From an uncultured Bacteroidales bacterium (GTDB lineage: Bacteria; Bacteroidota; Bacteroidia; Bacteroidales; UBA1402): DNA of 64,000 nucleotides. The stretch lies in NCBI GenBank assembly GCA_964472175.1, contig CAYYJF010000002.1:13904-77903 (forward strand), given 5' to 3'. Positions 61,801 to 64,000 of this stretch are shown piece after piece. The position numbers and the translations under genes are program-made. Every line of letters begins with the position of its first letter. The stretch's first letter is position 1. The notes below the pieces were generated by a model. That model made no database searches and was not told the DNA's origin. It saw nothing but the letters and a program-made list of their open reading frames with translations.

Positions 61801-63232
61801 CCTCAAACTGATCTTGATTGAAATGGCCATCGATTTGAATTCCATCCACCTCATGTTTCATCCATTTGATGTTATTGGATTGTCCCTCAATGTATCCGGA
61901 AAAATGTTTAGAATCTGAGAAGAGCCCATTAATTTGAAGATTTAAGGCCGCTTCGCCACTAATTGTCTTATTGACAGACATCGACGTATAACTCAATTGA
62001 GGCGATTTAATGGCACCGTTAAAAGCCCAGGCTGTATCCTTTTTTTCAAAATTGAGATCGGTATTTATTGTGCCAAATGCGTTGCTGATCAATCCATTAA
62101 CTTTTATTTTCCTGGGCTGAAGCAAGCATTTACCAGAATAATCCACAGTACCAATAGTCTCCAATATTTTTGTGCTGGGATTCCCTTTTTTAATATACGA
62201 TTCTACTTTTGCAAACACCTTCGAAGGAATGTGTAAAGAGTCAACATCCAACAATGCATGGTAATTATTTTCAAAGATATTTGAACCCTTCAAGTGTGCA
62301 ATGAGAAAAAGCCCATCCGCATTGATGATGCTGAATTTTTGAATGTTAAGTTGCTTAAGACTCCCGGACAAGTTGGCTTGAATGGTCAACGTACTGGTAA
62401 TCGTAGAAAGTTTTTGATTGAATAATCCAATGGCATCTGGTGACAAAGTTGCCGTGAAATTAAAAGGTTGAAAATGCCACGAAGCAAGCGATTTTTCCAT
62501 CGTTTTTTTCGAAGCTTCCATAGAAGCACATTTCAATATACTTTCATTCGCTTTCAAAGAAAAATCTCGGATAGAGAGGCGTTGATCAGATATAATGGCA
62601 TCCATTCTCAATTGACTCAGATTTAGCCCGTTATTTTCGGTACAGTTGAATTTTTTCATCTGAACACGAAGCTGATTCCCGACTTGACTGGAGAGGCTGA
62701 ACAAAGCGGATATTTTATTGAATTTTAAATGGTTTGCATCTAAACCGTTTGAATGAATTGGCGCATTCAAGACATCATACGTCAGGGAACATTCCCGAAA
62801 GCAAATCTGCTTCATTTGTATATCCCATTTTGCTTTGCTTTTTTTCAAGAGCTTATTCAAAATGGGGGTGATGTTTAAATCACCATCGGGGGATTGTTTG
62901 CTTAACCGGACATTTGCCCGAATGAGTCTCAAATAATCTACTTCCAGTTTTTGATTCAAAAGTTCAATCAGGTTGAATCCCATGTCAATTCTCTCAGCAA
63001 GAAGTATCGAATTCGACTGCGCATCCTTTAATTGAACCACGTGTAAAGAGAACCCTCTCAGAAGATTGAAATCGGATTTATCAATCGTCAATTCACCCCC
63101 GGTTTTATGATTGAAATTTTCCGTAAGTTGATACACCAATTTATTCTGAATGTAACTGGAATTCAGAAGAACGATGGTCGATGCCAGAAGCAAAAGACAA
63201 GCAATTGAAAGGGTAGCTACTGTTTTTTTCAA
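58802..63232 (-). CDS. tamB: Translocation and assembly module protein TamB (DUF490 C-terminus)
   Basis: 1476 aa. N-terminal membrane anchor MKKTVATLSIACLLLLASTIVLL, a long beta-rich repetitive body, and a C-terminal DUF490-like region. TTG start at 63232. Confidence 0.85.
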   Translation of the reverse strand: MKKTVATLSIACLLLLASTIVLLNSSYIQNKLVYQLTENFNHKTGGELTIDKSDFNLLRGFSLHVVQLKDAQSNSILLAERIDMGFNLIELLNQKLEVDYLRLIRANVRLSKQSPDGDLNITPILNKLLKKSKAKWDIQMKQICFRECSLTYDVLNAPIHSNGLDANHLKFNKISALFSLSSQVGNQLRVQMKKFNCTENNGLNLSQLRMDAIISDQRLSIRDFSLKANESILKCASMEASKKTMEKSLASWHFQPFNFTATLSPDAIGLFNQKLSTITSTLTIQANLSGSLKQLNIQKFSIINADGLFLIAHLKGSNIFENNYHALLDVDSLHIPSKVFAKVESYIKKGNPSTKILETIGTVDYSGKCLLQPRKIKVNGLISNAFGTINTDLNFEKKDTAWAFNGAIKSPQLSYTSMSVNKTISGEAALNLQINGLFSDSKHFSGYIEGQSNNIKWMKHEVDGIQIDGHFNQDQFEGNAFIQKGSGSINFQGLFVWGGVLPVYEFDLTTHAFDFTDWIRDDRFKNVGFHLKTDLKGKKMDQMTGLITVDSLLIKQTADRFFVPKIEIQSKQSGVGDVISVQSNLITGQMVGTFALSNLVKAFKGVLHHFMPTLLSPNLTPSLSTNCTIQAQIASNNPIFKLLKIPLESNDQIDIQGFINDATGKFRLRGNVSNLVYGKTQIQDAGFLLENPQNEAKLIAYAQVGSNADPIKVNMDIRGKDDIASFKLNVSNQGIHTFSGNILGNLRFYKNSTGKTGIDGTLNASNMIVNDTIWNISPSKLIWENNALGIEHFQFIHDDQFIKIQGIASNKETDTIQVSLNNFSLDYIFDLLPKSNVKLGGIATGDAHITKFFGQTNLNADIQVKQFSLNKEVLGDLQATSKWDNQIKALVLDAEVYKHEIENDSTRLLALGKGYFYPSKDSMFLSLDAHHLPLAFLEPYLGDILKKIQGKASGNVRIEGPMKRLAIYTKAYIEDGSFGIDMLNTRYHFSDSLELSPTLIKFENTEVRDNEGNIAIANGTIRHNHFKNSRTSIEIIGNKILCMDLPPNPEAYFYGKAYGSGTVSINGIRNETTIDVNLKTERNTNVTISFLNDKEVFDAGFIQFEKKQPVRVQTEIIHFGKVEKTDHSDIDSEGKLTVNLQIEATPEGLLTLVTDPSTGDEIVATGEGNLRCVFSDDADIALYGRYNIQKGKYTFIYQDILRRDFSLKDDGSITFSGDPFAAQVDISAAYTVNAQLADLLPSDVLAGLNLNRTNIPVNCLLKLNGELQKPGIKLDLEYPSADDDLVRSINDVINTEDAMNQQLVFLMLFGRFSTPSLSSTQSTANNSGMSTVLNTGISTLSSQLNNVMNGVLGQANMNFNFNYKNSGYESTTPGQWGGEWGVNLGGNFFNNRLTVNSNVGSRENLIQNGGGNQFIGEFDASLKFKKSQKWSWKFFNRANDNRYFKSALNTQGAGILFKQDFNSIFDLFGTQKKKEK

Positions 63233-63244
63233 ATTATTTTTTGG

Positions 63245-63252
63245 TACTTTTG
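63245..63252 (+). promoter_or_regulatory. Candidate -7 promoter box for tsaD
   Basis: TACTTTTG, 73 nt upstream of the ATG at 63325. Confidence 0.3.
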
Positions 63253-63287
63253 CATCAGATTTCGTTCGAGATAAAGCGAATCTACTG

Positions 63288-63295
63288 CAAATTTA
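63288..63295 (-). promoter_or_regulatory. Candidate -7 promoter box for tamB
   Basis: Minus strand reads TAAATTTG, 56 nt upstream of the TTG at 63232. Confidence 0.3.
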
Positions 63296-63324
63296 CAAAA
63301 AACCCTAATTTTTTCCCCATAGTC

Positions 63325-64000
63325 ATGCGACCAATCACAATTCTTGGCATAGAATCATCTTGTGACGACACCTCTGCGGCAGTACTTCAGGACGGTTATT
63401 TACTCTCAAACGTCGTTGCTGGTCAAAAAGTACATGAGTTATACGGAGGCGTTGTCCCTGAACTTGCATCCAGAGCGCACCAACAAAATATTGTTCCTGT
63501 TGTTGATCAGGCGTTGAAACAAGCCGGGATTGATCGTTCAGTTTTAAGCGCTGTTGCGTATACCCGCGGTCCGGGTTTGATGGGGTCTTTGTTGGTAGGC
63601 ACTTCTTTCGCAAAAGGATTTTCCAGGGCGTTGAATATTCCAATGATTGAAGTCAATCACTTACAAGCGCACATTTTGGCACATTTCATTCAAGTGAAAG
63701 GTGAAGAACATTCGATTCCGGAAATGCCCTTTTTGTGTTTGTTGGTGAGTGGGGGAAATTCTCAAATTGTTTTGGTCAAATCTCTGACCGAAATGGAAAT
63801 CGTAGGTCAAACGATTGACGATGCAGCAGGAGAAGCCTTCGACAAGTGCGCAAAAGTTATGGGGTTGCCATATCCAGGAGGTCCAATGATTGATAAATTA
63901 GCCAAATTGGGCAATCCCAAAGCCTTTCAATTCAGCAAACCACAGATAGCCGGACTGGATTACAGTTTCAGCGGTTTAAAAACATCTTTTCTCTATACTT
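63325..64000 (+). CDS. tsaD: tRNA N6-adenosine threonylcarbamoyltransferase TsaD (N-terminal 225 aa; runs off the window)
   Basis: Absent from the ORF track because it is open at the window edge. My translation from the ATG at 63325 reads MRPITILGIESSCDDTSAAVLQDGYLLSNVVAGQKVHELYGGVVPELASRAHQQNI...GPGLMGSLLVGTSFAKG...VNHLQAHI, the Kae1/Gcp/TsaD signature. Confidence 0.9.
   Translation, partial: MRPITILGIESSCDDTSAAVLQDGYLLSNVVAGQKVHELYGGVVPELASRAHQQNIVPVVDQALKQAGIDRSVLSAVAYTRGPGLMGSLLVGTSFAKGFSRALNIPMIEVNHLQAHILAHFIQVKGEEHSIPEMPFLCLLVSGGNSQIVLVKSLTEMEIVGQTIDDAAGEAFDKCAKVMGLPYPGGPMIDKLAKLGNPKAFQFSKPQIAGLDYSFSGLKTSFLYT

Overview
This window is a dense, almost entirely housekeeping segment of an AT-rich Bacteroidota (Flavobacteriia/Cytophagia-like) chromosome. 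The taxon call rests on a type IX secretion plug-family gene, a TamB/TsaD divergent pair, a pyrG-yidC-PBP1A block, an archaeal-type ProRS, a DUF3078 protein, BspA-type LRRs, and recurrent TAnnTTTG -7 promoter boxes with few Shine-Dalgarno sites.

I call 46 protein genes, two of them open at the window edges: thrS at the left and tsaD at the right. I also call 6 tRNA genes: Cys-GCA, Ser-GCT, Lys-CTT, and a Gly-GCC/Leu-GAG/Leu-CAG operon.

Notable blocks:
- mfd-thrS
- GT2 mannosyltransferase-pyrC
- pyrG-yidC-PBP1A
- ligA-hypothetical-dapA-pheT-yebC
- A tight co-directional array: mltG-iorA-iorB-acyl-CoA ligase-LRR protein-AlaX-like editing domain
- A complete nqrABCDEF operon
- tex, rluA-family, Fe-ADH, uvrD-nspC, sodB, a BASS transporter/acyltransferase pair, proS and tamB

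I see no CRISPR array, IS element, integrase, prophage, toxin-antitoxin pair or recognisable defence gene, and no rRNA.

I cannot point to a convincing previously undescribed multi-gene system here. The loci most worth a second look are modest:
- A free-standing AlaX-S-type tRNA editing domain packed behind a secreted LRR/Sel1 protein.
- A translationally coupled BASS transporter plus membrane-anchored acyltransferase.
- A porin-like protein overlapping an MltF-N-like binding domain.
- An orphan DMP19/DUF4375-like gene.
- Several sequence-level curiosities: an in-frame 9-bp tandem repeat, terminators embedded in coding 3' ends, a terminator-like hairpin inside a tRNA operon, and ORF-track start codons that fall inside promoter boxes.

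All function calls come from motif and family recognition by eye. No database search was run.
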